DNA from: an uncultured Algibacter sp.
Lineage (GTDB): Bacteria > Bacteroidota > Bacteroidia > Flavobacteriales > Flavobacteriaceae
Length of the DNA stretch: 64,000 nt
Direction of reading: 5' to 3'
Assembly: GCA_938003745.1 (NCBI GenBank)
Contig: CALKXS010000084.1
Span: 6,746 to 70,745 of the forward strand
How positions within the stretch are numbered: the stretch's first letter is position 1; each line of letters begins with the position of its first letter. Below, piece after piece: positions 10,610 to 21,622 of the stretch. A model generated the notes under the pieces. That model was not told the origin of the DNA, searched no databases, and was given only the letters and a program-made list of their open reading frames with translations. The translations under genes and the position numbers were made by a program.

Positions 10610-10882
10610 GAATGCAGCATTATTTACACTACTAATCTTATTGAAAACATAAATGGTAAGATTAGAAAATATACTAAAAACAGACTCTCTTTTCCTATAG
10701 ATTAAGCTGTAATGAAATCCACTTTTTTAGCCTTGAGAGAATCAACTAAAAGATGGACTATGTCAATTAGAAATTGGGGAATTATACTAAATCAATTTTT
10801 GACTATATTTGAAAAAAGGGTCAAGCTTTAAAAAAGTTAAACCCTCTATATTTTATACTTACACACTTTATAGGATAGTGTC
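10610..10882 (+). mobile_element. IS256-family remnant (transposase 3' end and right terminus)
   Basis: [26 protein letters not shown]...[25 protein letters not shown] with an internal stop, followed by terminal-repeat-like TTACACACTTTATAGGATAGTGTC. Confidence 0.85.
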
Positions 10883-11332
10883 TTATTTTTTGTGCATTCC
10901 ATTTTTATGCTTTCTAAATTGGTCTAGCATTTTTCGATTAAAATCTTCTTCGGCACTTTTTAATGCTATTATTTTTTTTGCCGAAATAATGCTTCGTAAT
11001 TTAGAAATTAAAGAGATTCGTTCTTTATGAATTTTATCTTCTAATTCAGCGAATTTTTTTAAATAATTTTCTGCTTCTTCTTCAGTTAGCGTCTCATAAT
11101 TCTCTTTAATATTTTGACGTAACTTGCGTATGCTATAGTATCTATATTTATGCATGTTTTGGTCATAGGTATTGTAAATAGGCCAAAATACTTGAGCTTC
11201 TTTCTCAGAGAGATCAAGTTTTTCTGTAATAAACGAAACTTTAAGAGCTTTTAATTGATCTCTTTTTCCTTTTTGGGCAAAAGTACTAGAGGATATTAAA
11301 AGGGTACATATTATAATTGTAAGTATTCTCAT
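10883..11332 (-). CDS. Periplasmic helical protein, sensor of ECF sigma factor / Spy-CpxP-like
   Basis: Signal peptide; KVSFITEKLDLSEKEAQVFWPIYN; third gene of the ECF operon. Confidence 0.75.
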   Translation of the reverse strand: MRILTIIICTLLISSSTFAQKGKRDQLKALKVSFITEKLDLSEKEAQVFWPIYNTYDQNMHKYRYYSIRKLRQNIKENYETLTEEEAENYLKKFAELEDKIHKERISLISKLRSIISAKKIIALKSAEEDFNRKMLDQFRKHKNGMHKK

Positions 11333-11343
11333 TTTATTTGTTT

Positions 11344-11757
11344 TTATTCTAACATAATATCTTCAATGTCTACATGGTCTAAAATGTAGTTTTCAACGTG
11401 TTCTTCAGATAGATTATAGTCTATAAAATTATCTTCAATAAGTTCTTGGCTAGTTAATAATGAAGCAATCTGTAAAGATGTAATATCTTCATTGATAATG
11501 TAATTTTCAACAGTAGCACTATCTAAAGAATCAAAATTTGGTTTGTTCCCAAAAAGTGATAGATTGAATAGTAACAATATTGCTGCTGCAATACTAGATA
11601 TGTACATTAAATTTCTTTTAGTAAATATAGAAATAACCTTAGTGGTCTCTTTTTCTGGTGATACTTTATTTAATATTGAATCCTCTATAGATTCAAAGTA
11701 ATTATTAGGCAGACTAAAACCTGTTTTCTTAATTATGTGTAATTTGTTCTGTTTCAT
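11344..11757 (-). CDS. Putative anti-sigma factor (single transmembrane helix)
   Basis: GFSLPNNYFE motif, central hydrophobic helix, directly downstream of the ECF sigma gene. Confidence 0.65.
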   Translation of the reverse strand: MKQNKLHIIKKTGFSLPNNYFESIEDSILNKVSPEKETTKVISIFTKRNLMYISSIAAAILLLFNLSLFGNKPNFDSLDSATVENYIINEDITSLQIASLLTSQELIEDNFIDYNLSEEHVENYILDHVDIEDIMLE

Positions 11758-11800
11758 CTTATTAATTATTACCTATAAGACTTTTGTTTTTATTAAAGGT

Positions 11801-12343
11801 TTAATTTTTAGTTAAATAAGCTTCTATTTTTTTTACGGCAATATGATATGATGCTTTTAATGCACCTTCACTGGTTTCTAATATTTCAGACATATCTTTG
11901 TACTTTATATCTTGAAAATATTTCATATTAAATACGAGTTGCTGCTTTTCAGGAAGCATTGCTATGGCTTCTTGCAATTTTAATTGAATAGTATCACCTT
12001 CAAAGTAAACATCAGATTTTAAATTATTAATAGCTAACTGTTGTACTTCTTTATTGGATATTTTTAAACGTTTCGCATTTTTGTTTATAAGTGTAATAGA
12101 CTCATTTGTAGCTATACGATACATCCAAGAATAAAGTTTACTGTTTCCCTTAAATTTATCTATGTTTTTAAAAATTTTTATAAACGTATTTTGAAGAACA
12201 TCATCAGTATCATCATGAGATTTTACAATGCCACGTATATGCCAATAAAGTCTTTCCTTGTATAGAGATATTAAATCTCTAAAGGCTTTCTCTTTATTAG
12301 CATCAGATTGTAATTGTATTATTAATTGTTCTTCGTCTGTCAC
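11801..12343 (-). CDS. ECF RNA polymerase sigma factor
   Basis: DDVLQNTFIK, SWMYRIATN (region 2); LPEKQQLVF...YKDMSEIL (region 4). Confidence 0.93.
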   Translation of the reverse strand: MTDEEQLIIQLQSDANKEKAFRDLISLYKERLYWHIRGIVKSHDDTDDVLQNTFIKIFKNIDKFKGNSKLYSWMYRIATNESITLINKNAKRLKISNKEVQQLAINNLKSDVYFEGDTIQLKLQEAIAMLPEKQQLVFNMKYFQDIKYKDMSEILETSEGALKASYHIAVKKIEAYLTKN

Positions 12344-12395
12344 AAAAACAGTTTAATTATTAGATTGATGAATATAATAAAAGTTTAAATGATAT

Positions 12396-13367
12396 ACCTA
12401 CTATACATTTATAAAAAGGATTGTTTAAGCGATATAAATACTATGTATTTAATTGAATAACAATCATTTAGATGCGATGAGTAATCTTGTTAAGAATTAC
12501 GAAATTATTTTGAATAACCTTAAGAACATGTGGAGATATTGAGAGTTTTGATCAAATTAGAAAGCAAAACTAGAAAATATATAACTAGTAAGCCTTAATC
12601 TTACTGCTGAATATATGTCTATAAATGCTTACTTACAGTTGTTTAGATGTTTTAAGAATACTGATTTAGAATTTAAGATTGAACGAAGCGTTTATAATAA
12701 AAGACACAAAAGGCTATTGAATTATACCGAATCTATAAGAAAACGTATTAGTGAAATGTTTGTTGAATTCACAGATGTTTTGCATTAGACTCTATGCGAA
12801 CTCTTATTTGCAAATATGTAAGAGGTGGACGTTCCAAAATTTATTACTCTTATGAAATTAAATCTACATTTGGCTATTGTGCCTCTCAGAAAAGTAAATA
12901 TTTTGGATTTAAATGACATGCAGTTTGTGACAAGAATGGTGTGTTTCATTCATTTGGTTTTGTAGCTGCACATATTCACGATATAAATTATCTAAAAGAT
13001 GTAAAACATAATTTAAAAAATTGCATATTGATTGATGATAGAGGCTACGTCGACACGCTTTATCAGTTAGATTTGTTCATAGATTCAAATATAAATTTGT
13101 CAATCCCAATGCGAAAAAACCAACATAATTATGTTCCTTTCTCAAAGGCAAAAAGTAAAATAATAAAACGATTGAAACTAATTTCTAGCAATTACATGGG
13201 CGGTTTTTTTTGAATACTAATGCCTACCTACTAAATCTTTTTTAGGATTAGCTACTAGAATGCTCTCTAAAATAACTGCTTTTACTATGATTCAATACCT
13301 AAACTATTTTGTTTTTAAAAGAGATATCAATATAATTAAAATTAATCTGGCCAAATGCACAACAGGT
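12396..13367 (+). mobile_element. IS982-family insertion sequence, full length, transposase inactivated
   Basis: Imperfect terminal IRs ACCTACTATACATTT / AAATGCACAACAGGT (11/15); flanking direct repeat ATGATAT at 12389-12395 and 13368-13374; frameshifted transposase fragments (GYCASQKSKYFGFK, HDINYL, DRGY, PMRKNQ). Confidence 0.9.
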
Positions 13368-13508
13368 ATGATATATATTATATAAACATTTTAAAATGTA
13401 TTATTTGTAATGCGATATTTGTTTAAATGTCGATGAAATGCATTTTATTGTGTTTGAATCAGAAAACCTACTTATGGTGTTAGTTGTCCCTAAGTCTAGC
13501 ATTAGACT

Positions 13509-13548
13509 AAAAAAAAGGATAGAAGCCCAAGTATCTCTATCCTTTTTT
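13509..13548 (-). terminator. Intrinsic terminator of the phosphomutase-ABC operon
   Basis: AAAAAAGGATAGA...TCTATCCTTTTTT inverted repeat. Confidence 0.7.
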
Positions 13549-13571
13549 ATATTTTATATAATAAGTGAATT

Positions 13572-15398
13572 TTATTCGAAACTCTGCATGTTTACAAGTT
13601 TCTTGTAAACACCATTCATAGCTATAAGTTGGTTATGTTTACCTTGCTCTACAATTTCGCCTTGTTTCATAACTATTATTTCATCTGCATTTTGAATTGT
13701 AGAAAGTCTATGCGCAATAATAATAGAGGTTCTGTTTTTCATCATGTTTTCTAACGCGTCTTGTACTAAGCGTTCACTTTCTGTGTCTAAAGCAGAGGTT
13801 GCTTCATCTAAGATCATAATAGGTGGATTTTTAAGAACAGCACGTGCAATACTTAAACGTTGTTTTTGCCCGCCAGAAAGTTTGCCTCCAGAATCACCTA
13901 TATTGGTATTAATACCATTAGGCAAGTTTTTTACAAATTCCCAAGCGTTAGCAATTTTAAGGGCTTCTATAATTTGATCGTCAGTAGCGTCTTCTTTTCC
14001 TAAAAGAATATTGTTTTTTACAGAATCATTAAATAGAATAGAATCTTGAGTAACCAAGCCCGTTAGGTTTCTTAAAGAATTTTTAGATAAATCTTTAATA
14101 TTTGCTCCGTCAATGGTAATACTACCCTCGTTAACATCATAAAAACGAGTAACTAAATTAGCAATGGTAGATTTTCCACTACCAGATTGTCCAACAAGCG
14201 CAATACTTTTTCCTTTTGATACCTGTATTGAAAAGTTTTTTAGAACTAAATCATCCTCGTATTTAAAGGAGATGTTATTCAGTTTTATTGAATCATTGAA
14301 ATCTGTTTTACTAAAAGCATTTGCTTTATCTTCAAGTGGAGATATGGTATTCAATACATCAAGAACTCTATCTGCTGCAGCATTACCTGCCTTAACTTTA
14401 TAACTTGCCTTACTTATGGCTTTTGCAGGAGTAAGTATTTGATAAGCTAAAGTCATAAAACCAATAAAAGCGCCACCAGATAATGTTTTATCTATTAAAA
14501 CTAAGCTACCACCATACCATAATAAAGCAGCAATAGTTACTATTCCTAAAAATTCACTTGTTGGAGAAGCCAGGTTTTGCCTATTCATAAGAATATTTGA
14601 AAAGCGATAAAACCGACTTGTAGAATCTTGAAATTTTGAGTTGAATTTATTTTCAGCATTAAAACCTTTTATAACCTTTAAGCCTCCTAAAGTTTCTTCT
14701 AGTGTAGATAAAAATACACCTTGTTCATTTTGTACCTTTTCAGATTGTTTTTTTAAAGTTTTACCTATCAAAGAAATTATAAATCCAGAAACAGGAATGA
14801 ATAAAAATACAAATAAAGTCAGTTGCAACGATATTGTAAGCATTGCTATAATAGCAAAAACAATAGTTAAAGGTTCTTTAACTATCAATTCAAGAACTGC
14901 TAATAAAGAGTTTTTAACTTCATTAACATCTCCAGAAATACGAGCTATAATATCTCCTTTTCTTTTTTCTGAATAGTATGATATAGGGAGTGATGTTACT
15001 TTGCTATAAATTTCGTTTCTTAAATCTTTTAAAACACCATTTCTTAAAAAGGTTATATAATATAACCCTAAATAATTAAATAGGTTTTTAAGAAGAAACA
15101 TACTGATTATTAAAATAATCATATATAGTAAGGCTTGTTGTGACCCTTCACTTTGAGTTATTGTTGTTACTATATAATTTAAAGAATCTCCAATGTATTC
15201 TTTTAGGTCTCCAAAACCTGCGTATACCGGTTTTTCAAAAACTTGTTCTCCTTCATCAAATAAAACATTTATCATTGGCATTAGCGATACCATGGCTAAA
15301 GTGCTAAATAAAGCGTAAAAGATATTACAAATAATATTTAAAATGCCATAGCGTTTGTATGGCATAATAAATCTAGAAAGTTTCTTTAAATAATCCAT
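13572..15398 (-). CDS. MsbA-like ABC exporter (fused permease and ATPase)
   Basis: N-terminal transmembrane domain; GQSGSGKS, LSGGQ, ILDEATSALD, IAHRLST. Confidence 0.93.
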   Translation of the reverse strand: MDYLKKLSRFIMPYKRYGILNIICNIFYALFSTLAMVSLMPMINVLFDEGEQVFEKPVYAGFGDLKEYIGDSLNYIVTTITQSEGSQQALLYMIILIISMFLLKNLFNYLGLYYITFLRNGVLKDLRNEIYSKVTSLPISYYSEKRKGDIIARISGDVNEVKNSLLAVLELIVKEPLTIVFAIIAMLTISLQLTLFVFLFIPVSGFIISLIGKTLKKQSEKVQNEQGVFLSTLEETLGGLKVIKGFNAENKFNSKFQDSTSRFYRFSNILMNRQNLASPTSEFLGIVTIAALLWYGGSLVLIDKTLSGGAFIGFMTLAYQILTPAKAISKASYKVKAGNAAADRVLDVLNTISPLEDKANAFSKTDFNDSIKLNNISFKYEDDLVLKNFSIQVSKGKSIALVGQSGSGKSTIANLVTRFYDVNEGSITIDGANIKDLSKNSLRNLTGLVTQDSILFNDSVKNNILLGKEDATDDQIIEALKIANAWEFVKNLPNGINTNIGDSGGKLSGGQKQRLSIARAVLKNPPIMILDEATSALDTESERLVQDALENMMKNRTSIIIAHRLSTIQNADEIIVMKQGEIVEQGKHNQLIAMNGVYKKLVNMQSFE

Positions 15399-17128
15399 TA
15401 AATAAGATTCATATCTTTTAAAAGATCATCTGCTTTAGTGTTTAATGCTTTTTCTGTGTCTTTAAAATCTTCAGTAGAATTTAATTTTGTATTAACACTA
15501 ACATAGAATTTTATTTTTGGTTCTGTACCGCTTGGTCTTAAGGCCACTTGACTGCCATCTTCAGTGTAATAAATTAATACATTAGATTTTGGAACGTCTA
15601 TAGATGTCTCTTCACCAGTAATCATGTTTTTTGCAATAGATAAATCGTAATCTTCAAATTTTACAACTTTTGATCCATTGATGATTTTCAATGGCGTTTC
15701 ACGAGCATCAATCATCATTTGTTTGATTTCTTGTGCGCCTTCAATACCTTTTTTTGTTAATGATACTAGTTTCTCTTTGAAAAAACCATGTTCTGCATAA
15801 AGGGTAACTAATTCTTTAAAGAAAGAACTTTTGTTAGATTTTGCGATAGCAGCAATTTCACAAGCTAAAAGAGTAGAAGTAACGGCATCTTTATCGCGAA
15901 CAAAATCACCAACCATGAAACCAAAACTTTCTTCTCCACCACCAATAAAATCTAACTCAGGGAAATCTTCAATAAGTTTAGCAATCCATTTAAAGCCAGT
16001 TAAAACAATTTTATTGTCTACATTATAAGCGTTAGCTAATTTTGTTAGCATTGGTGTAGAAACAATAGTAGTTGCAATAAATTCTTTTCCTTTAATTTTT
16101 CCTTCTTCTTTCCATTGTTTTAATAAGAAATCAACCATCATTAACATGGTTTGATTTCCATTAAGTAGTTGTAATTCGCCATCAGCATTACGAACGGCAA
16201 CACCTAATCTATCACAATCTGGATCTGTACCAATAACAATATCCGCATTTACTTTATCAGCTAATTCTAAAGCCATTTTTAAAGCAGCTGGTTCTTCTGG
16301 GTTTGGAGAAGCAACGGTTGGAAAATCACCATCTGGTACTTCTTGTTCTTTTACAATATGAACGTTTTTAAAACCAGCACGTTTTAAAGTTTCTGGAACA
16401 GCTGTGATTGATGTTCCGTGTAAAGATGTGAAAACAATTGTTAAGTCGTCTTTTGCTGCATCAGTAGCTCCAACACATCCGTTTTCAACAGAGGCGTTTA
16501 TAAAAACATCATCAATATCTTTTCCTATATATTTTATTAAGTTATTGTTTGCTTCAAATTTAATATCTGAATATTTTAAAGCGTTAATGGTGTTAATTAC
16601 CGCACTATCATGTGGAGGAACTAATTGTCCGCCGTCTTGCCAATATACTTTGTAGCCATTATATTCTGGCGGATTATGAGAAGCGGTTAAAACAATTCCA
16701 CAGTGACAATTTAGGTGCTTTACTGCAAAAGATAACTCTGGAGTTGCACGTAAATCTTCAAATAAATAAACTTCAATACCGTTTGCTGAAAATACATCGG
16801 CAACAACTTTAGCTAAAGTTTTACTGTTATGTCTGCAATCATAGGCTATAACAGCTTTTAGTGTTTCATTAGGAAATGATTTATATAAATAATCACTTAA
16901 ACCTTGAGTACTTTTTCCTAGTGTATATTTGTTTATACGATTAGTTCCAACTCCCATAACGCCACGCATACCGCCAGTTCCAAATTCTAAGTTTTTATAA
17001 AAACTTTCTTGGATATCTTTTGGAATGTTAGCAATACTATCTTTAATTAAAGCTTGAGTTTCTTGATCAAAAGCAGGGGTTAACCATGTGTTAATTCTTT
17101 CTAGTATAGTTGGATCTATGTCTATCAT
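15398..17128 (-). CDS. Phospho-sugar mutase (phosphoglucomutase/phosphomannomutase)
   Basis: [32 protein letters not shown]. Confidence 0.95.
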   Translation of the reverse strand: MIDIDPTILERINTWLTPAFDQETQALIKDSIANIPKDIQESFYKNLEFGTGGMRGVMGVGTNRINKYTLGKSTQGLSDYLYKSFPNETLKAVIAYDCRHNSKTLAKVVADVFSANGIEVYLFEDLRATPELSFAVKHLNCHCGIVLTASHNPPEYNGYKVYWQDGGQLVPPHDSAVINTINALKYSDIKFEANNNLIKYIGKDIDDVFINASVENGCVGATDAAKDDLTIVFTSLHGTSITAVPETLKRAGFKNVHIVKEQEVPDGDFPTVASPNPEEPAALKMALELADKVNADIVIGTDPDCDRLGVAVRNADGELQLLNGNQTMLMMVDFLLKQWKEEGKIKGKEFIATTIVSTPMLTKLANAYNVDNKIVLTGFKWIAKLIEDFPELDFIGGGEESFGFMVGDFVRDKDAVTSTLLACEIAAIAKSNKSSFFKELVTLYAEHGFFKEKLVSLTKKGIEGAQEIKQMMIDARETPLKIINGSKVVKFEDYDLSIAKNMITGEETSIDVPKSNVLIYYTEDGSQVALRPSGTEPKIKFYVSVNTKLNSTEDFKDTEKALNTKADDLLKDMNLI

Positions 17129-17265
17129 ATTTTTTTAGTTTTTAAATTGCTAAAATAAGGAATTCATTATTGATTTAATTGAATTTTAGAAGCTCTACTA
17201 TTAAAATGTTACGCAAACGTTTTAGGTTTTATTTAAGAAAAATATTCTTAATTGAAATATTTTTC

Positions 17266-18216
17266 TTAAATAAAATTTAATTTGTTTTTAATAGCGTAGC
17301 GTTTTTTATCTTCTTTAGTACGAAGAATAATTTCACCTAAAAAGCCAGCAATAAAAAATTGAGAGCCTATAATCATGGTCGATAATGCAATGTAGAATTG
17401 CGGTCTTTCAGTAATAAGTCTACCATCTGTGTTTAAGAATAATTTATCTATTCCTAAATAAAATGAAAAACAAAAACCAATGGCAAACATTACAAAACCT
17501 AAAGCGCCAAATAAATGCATAGGACGTTTGCCAAAACGTGATAAAAACCAAATAGTTATAAGGTCTAAGAACCCGTGAATAAAACGATCTATTCCAAACT
17601 TAGTTTTACCATATTTTCTTGCTTGGTGCTGTACTACTTTTTCTCCGATTTTTGCGAATCCTGCGTTTTTAGATAAAACAGGAATGTAACGATGCATCTC
17701 TCCATTTACATCAATATTTTTTACAACCTCTTTTTTGTATGCTTTTAAACCACAATTAAAGTCGTTTAATTTTACTCCAGATGTTTTTCTGGCTGCCCAG
17801 TTAAACAATTTTGAAGGTAAATTTTTAGAGATAACAGAGTCGTATCTTTTCTTTTTCCAGCCTGATACTAAATCAAATCCATCCTTAACAATCATATTGT
17901 AAAGTTCTGGGATTTCATCAGGATTGTCTTGTAAATCGGCATCCATGGTGATAACAACTTCACCATTTGCTTTTTCAAACCCAGCATGCAATGCTTGAGA
18001 TTTCCCGAAGTTTTTAAGGAAACGAATACCTTTTACACTTTTGTTTTTTATTGATAGTTTTGAAATAATACCCCAAGAACTATCGGTGCTTCCGTCGTCT
18101 ATAAAAATAATTTCATATAAAAAATGATTGGACTGCATAATTTTTGCAATCCAATCATGTAATTCTGTTAAAGATTCCTCTTCGTTAAGTAGTGGTATGA
18201 CTACAGATATATTCAT
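17266..18216 (-). CDS. Glycosyltransferase family 2 (ArnC/GtrB-like, two C-terminal TM helices)
   Basis: IDDGSTD, NFGKSQAL, MDADLQD, DFNCGLKAY. Confidence 0.9.
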   Translation of the reverse strand: MNISVVIPLLNEEESLTELHDWIAKIMQSNHFLYEIIFIDDGSTDSSWGIISKLSIKNKSVKGIRFLKNFGKSQALHAGFEKANGEVVITMDADLQDNPDEIPELYNMIVKDGFDLVSGWKKKRYDSVISKNLPSKLFNWAARKTSGVKLNDFNCGLKAYKKEVVKNIDVNGEMHRYIPVLSKNAGFAKIGEKVVQHQARKYGKTKFGIDRFIHGFLDLITIWFLSRFGKRPMHLFGALGFVMFAIGFCFSFYLGIDKLFLNTDGRLITERPQFYIALSTMIIGSQFFIAGFLGEIILRTKEDKKRYAIKNKLNFI

Positions 18217-18254
18217 TTAATATTTTCAAGAAATAATATTCAAAAATAATGAAT

Positions 18255-18785
18255 TTATTCTGCGTTTGGATCACTTTTTTTCATTGCAGCAGAAACTATT
18301 AATCCAATAATACTAAATACAACAAGATAGCCAGCTAATCCTTTAACTATATTGGCTAGTGAATACTGGTTTTGAGATTCAATTTGTTCAACGGCTTTTT
18401 CAATAGCTTCACTTGGAGAATTAAAACCCTCTAGCATTTCTACTGTTTTTTCAATGGTAGCTTGTTTTAAAATTTCAGCAGCATCTGTGTCAATAAAGTT
18501 AAATAGTAAATAAGACACAAAAGTGCTAATTACGAGACCTATTAGAATCGTAATGAAATAAGAAGTAAAAGCTTCTTTAAATGTTGCAAAACCATTTTGA
18601 GCTTGTTTTAGTTTAGCAACAGAAATAATACCAAAAACGATTATTGCTATTAAAATAAAGAGACCAATCCAAGTGTTGGTTAGTAAACTTAAATCTATAG
18701 CGTAAGAGATGACTGTAACTAAAGTTAATAGTATACCTAAGTAAATACCAAAATTAACTGCAATTGATTTTAAAGATTTTTCCAT
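18255..18785 (-). CDS. DUF4199-like membrane protein
   Basis: Four hydrophobic helices; conserved position beside the GT2 gene in Flavobacteria as recalled. Confidence 0.7.
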   Translation of the reverse strand: MEKSLKSIAVNFGIYLGILLTLVTVISYAIDLSLLTNTWIGLFILIAIIVFGIISVAKLKQAQNGFATFKEAFTSYFITILIGLVISTFVSYLLFNFIDTDAAEILKQATIEKTVEMLEGFNSPSEAIEKAVEQIESQNQYSLANIVKGLAGYLVVFSIIGLIVSAAMKKSDPNAE

Positions 18786-18877
18786 AATATTGTTGATTAT
18801 TTTATTAGTTGCTTAGTTAGTATTCAAAGATAAGAAAACGTTACAGTAAAGATTTAAATAAAATTTAATAAAAAACA

Positions 18878-18907
18878 TTGTAGATTTATAAAAAATACTT
18901 AAATTTG
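18878..18907 (+). promoter_or_regulatory. Bacteroidota sigma-A promoter for the L31 gene
   Basis: TTG (-33), 19 nt spacer, TAAATTTG (-7). Confidence 0.6.
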
Positions 18908-18943
18908 CACTTCCAAAATTGAAAGTAATAAAAGCATTTAGCG

Positions 18944-19195
18944 ATGAGAAAAGGTATACACCCAGAAAATTATAGAATAGTAGCATTTAAAGATATGTCA
19001 AATGATGATGTGTTTTTAACTAAATCTACAGCAAATACAAATGAAACTCTAGAGGTTGATGGTGTTGAGTATCCATTAGTGAAAATGGAGATTTCAAGAA
19101 CTTCTCATCCTTTTTACACTGGTAAATCTAAGTTAGTAGATACTGCTGGTCGTATTGATAAATTCAAAACTAAATACGCTAAGTTTAAAAAATAA
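18944..19195 (+). CDS. rpmE2: 50S ribosomal protein L31 type B
   Basis: [10 protein letters not shown]...SHPFYTGK; no zinc-binding cysteines. Confidence 0.96.
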   Translation: MRKGIHPENYRIVAFKDMSNDDVFLTKSTANTNETLEVDGVEYPLVKMEISRTSHPFYTGKSKLVDTAGRIDKFKTKYAKFKK

Positions 19196-19214
19196 GCTTA
19201 GTTTATCACTATAT

Positions 19215-19253
19215 AAAAAGTCTTCAATATTTAATATTGAAGACTTTTTTTTT
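19215..19253 (+). terminator. Intrinsic terminator
   Basis: AAAAAGTCTTCAATAT...ATATTGAAGACTTTTTTTTT. Confidence 0.85.
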
Positions 19254-19347
19254 ACTTAATTAGCATATTTTTGAAATAAATTAACATAAATATTTAAAGA
19301 GAAAGAGTTAAAACTTTCACTTTTTACTTTTAATTCTTAATTGAAAA

Positions 19348-20523
19348 ATGAATTACATTCTTTTTGACGGCCCATATAGAAACAATTTATTACCATTTAC
19401 ATATACGCGACCTGTAGCAGATATTAGAGTTGGTATTTTAACAATTCGTGAAAAATGGGAAGCTTTTTTAGAATCTACAACTACAACTGTAACAGAAGAT
19501 TATTTAGCTGATAAATATCCAATGGTAGAAATGGAACATAATGTTATGATTAATGCATCATGTACTCCTAATGCTTTATTAATAGAATTGATAAAAGGTT
19601 TAAAAACGAATCAAGCTATTTTTAAAGATGATGAACTTATTGCATTTTATGCTAACGATACACAAGAAGATATAAACTTCGAAGATTACGAGGCTATAGA
19701 ATTTAGTAGTGATATTTTAAAAATTGAGAATACTTGGGATATTTTTTCTAAAAATGGAGAAGCTATTCAAGCAGATTTTGATTTACTAACTCAAGATAGA
19801 GTTTCTCAACCTATTCCAGAAAGCAATAATATAATTGCTCCAGAAAATATATTTTTAGAAGAAGGAGCTAAATTAGAGTTTACAACTTTAAATGCTAGTT
19901 CAGGACCTATTTATATAGGTGAAAATGCCGAAATAATGGAGGGTTCTATAGTTCGTGGGCCTTTGTCTTTGTGCGAAAGTTCTACTATTAAACTTGGAGC
20001 AAAAATTTATGGGCCAACAACTATTGGACCGCATAGTAAAGTAGGAGGAGAGGTTAATAATTCCGTTATTTTCGGATTTTCAAATAAAGGTCATGATGGC
20101 TTTTTAGGTAATTCTGTAATAGGAGAATGGTGTAATTTAGGAGCTGATACTAATAATTCTAACCTTAAAAATAATTATGCAGAAGTGCGTTTATGGGATT
20201 ATGAAACTGAAGGTTTTGCAAAAACAGGATTACAGTTTTGTGGTTTAATGATGGGAGATCATAGTAAATGTGGTATTAATACCATGTTTAATACAGGAAC
20301 TGTTATTGGGGTGAGTTCAAACATTTTTGGAAGTGGTTTTCCTCGTAATTTTGTACCAAGTTTTAGTTGGGGAGGCAGTTCTGGATTTACAACCTATTTA
20401 ACTAAAAAAGTATTTGAGGTGGCTGGTGTTGTTATGAAACGACGCAATTTGGAGTTTTCAGAGCAGGATAAAGCGATTTTAGAGCATGTCTTCGAAGAAA
20501 CTAAAAAATATAGAAAAAAATAA
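19348..20523 (+). CDS. GlmU-family putative sugar nucleotidyl/acyltransferase
   Basis: LLPFTYTRPVADIRVG; hexapeptide-repeat C-terminal half; NKGHDGFLG. Confidence 0.85.
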   Translation: MNYILFDGPYRNNLLPFTYTRPVADIRVGILTIREKWEAFLESTTTTVTEDYLADKYPMVEMEHNVMINASCTPNALLIELIKGLKTNQAIFKDDELIAFYANDTQEDINFEDYEAIEFSSDILKIENTWDIFSKNGEAIQADFDLLTQDRVSQPIPESNNIIAPENIFLEEGAKLEFTTLNASSGPIYIGENAEIMEGSIVRGPLSLCESSTIKLGAKIYGPTTIGPHSKVGGEVNNSVIFGFSNKGHDGFLGNSVIGEWCNLGADTNNSNLKNNYAEVRLWDYETEGFAKTGLQFCGLMMGDHSKCGINTMFNTGTVIGVSSNIFGSGFPRNFVPSFSWGGSSGFTTYLTKKVFEVAGVVMKRRNLEFSEQDKAILEHVFEETKKYRKK

Positions 20524-20563
20524 TTTTTTTTTATTAACTTTAGAGATAATCTAAAGCTTAATA

Positions 20564-21478
20564 ATGAGACAGTTAATTTGTTTTTTTTCTTTTTTAGTAT
20601 ATCTGGTTGGATTTTCTCAATCCGAAAAAGTTATTATTTCTAATTTGAAATTAAATGATAAAAGACCTCATTATAGTTTAAAATATGCACAAAGAAATAA
20701 GGTTATTTTTACGTCTTATTTATTAGCCAAAAATGGTAAAATAAAAAAGGCAGGAGGTAGTCCTGTAGTTACTATTTTTGAAGGTTCAATTTCTAGTGGA
20801 GGTGAGATTATCAATAGTAAGCCAATTCAAATAGATTCTAAGGAACTTATTTCTCACGTTACCAGTGCAACGTTTTCTATAGATGGGAAGCATCTTTTTC
20901 TTGCAGCACATTATAATTCGAAAGATAAGCTAAAAGGGGATTTTAAAGCCACTAATTTCACAATTAAGGTTGGAGAATATATAGCTGGTAAAGGATGGAC
21001 AAATTTTAAAGTATTACCGTTTTGTAAAGCAAAATATTCTTATGGACACCCCGTTTTTAGTCCAGATGGAAAAACATTGTATTTTATAGCTAATATTAGA
21101 GGTGGAAAAGAAACAACCAAGGGTGGTTCAGATATTTTTAAAGTAAATGTTTTGGATGATGGAGCTTATAGTGAACCTAAAAATTTGGGAACTAAAGTAA
21201 ACTCTTATAGCCGAGAAATGTTTCCTTTTATAAGTGCAGATAACACCTTATATTTTTCATCAGACAGAGCAAATGGTTATGGTGGTTTTGATTTGTATAA
21301 ATGTAGAATAAACTCTAATGGCACTTTTGAAGAGGCAATAAAACTACCTAAGCCTATAAATAGCGTTAAAGATGATTTTAATTATATTATTAATGAATCA
21401 AATTCTTCGGGATATTTCTCATCTAAACGATTAAAAGGAAAAGGTGATGACGATATATATTATTTTACAATTAATTAA
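20564..21478 (+). CDS. Exported PD40 beta-propeller protein
   Basis: HPVFSPDGKTLYF, GGSDIF, EMFPFIS...LYFSSDR..GYGGFDLY. Confidence 0.8.
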   Translation: MRQLICFFSFLVYLVGFSQSEKVIISNLKLNDKRPHYSLKYAQRNKVIFTSYLLAKNGKIKKAGGSPVVTIFEGSISSGGEIINSKPIQIDSKELISHVTSATFSIDGKHLFLAAHYNSKDKLKGDFKATNFTIKVGEYIAGKGWTNFKVLPFCKAKYSYGHPVFSPDGKTLYFIANIRGGKETTKGGSDIFKVNVLDDGAYSEPKNLGTKVNSYSREMFPFISADNTLYFSSDRANGYGGFDLYKCRINSNGTFEEAIKLPKPINSVKDDFNYIINESNSSGYFSSKRLKGKGDDDIYYFTIN

Positions 21479-21622
21479 AGCAAAACTACGATAGAGATTT
21501 TAATCACGTTATACATAGGTGTTTTACGATTTTGGTAAAGAGTATTATGAAAGTAAATGGAAGAAAAAAGTAATTGTTGTTAAAGATGAAATCCAAGATA
21601 TAGGAAAGCAAATAGAAGGTAA

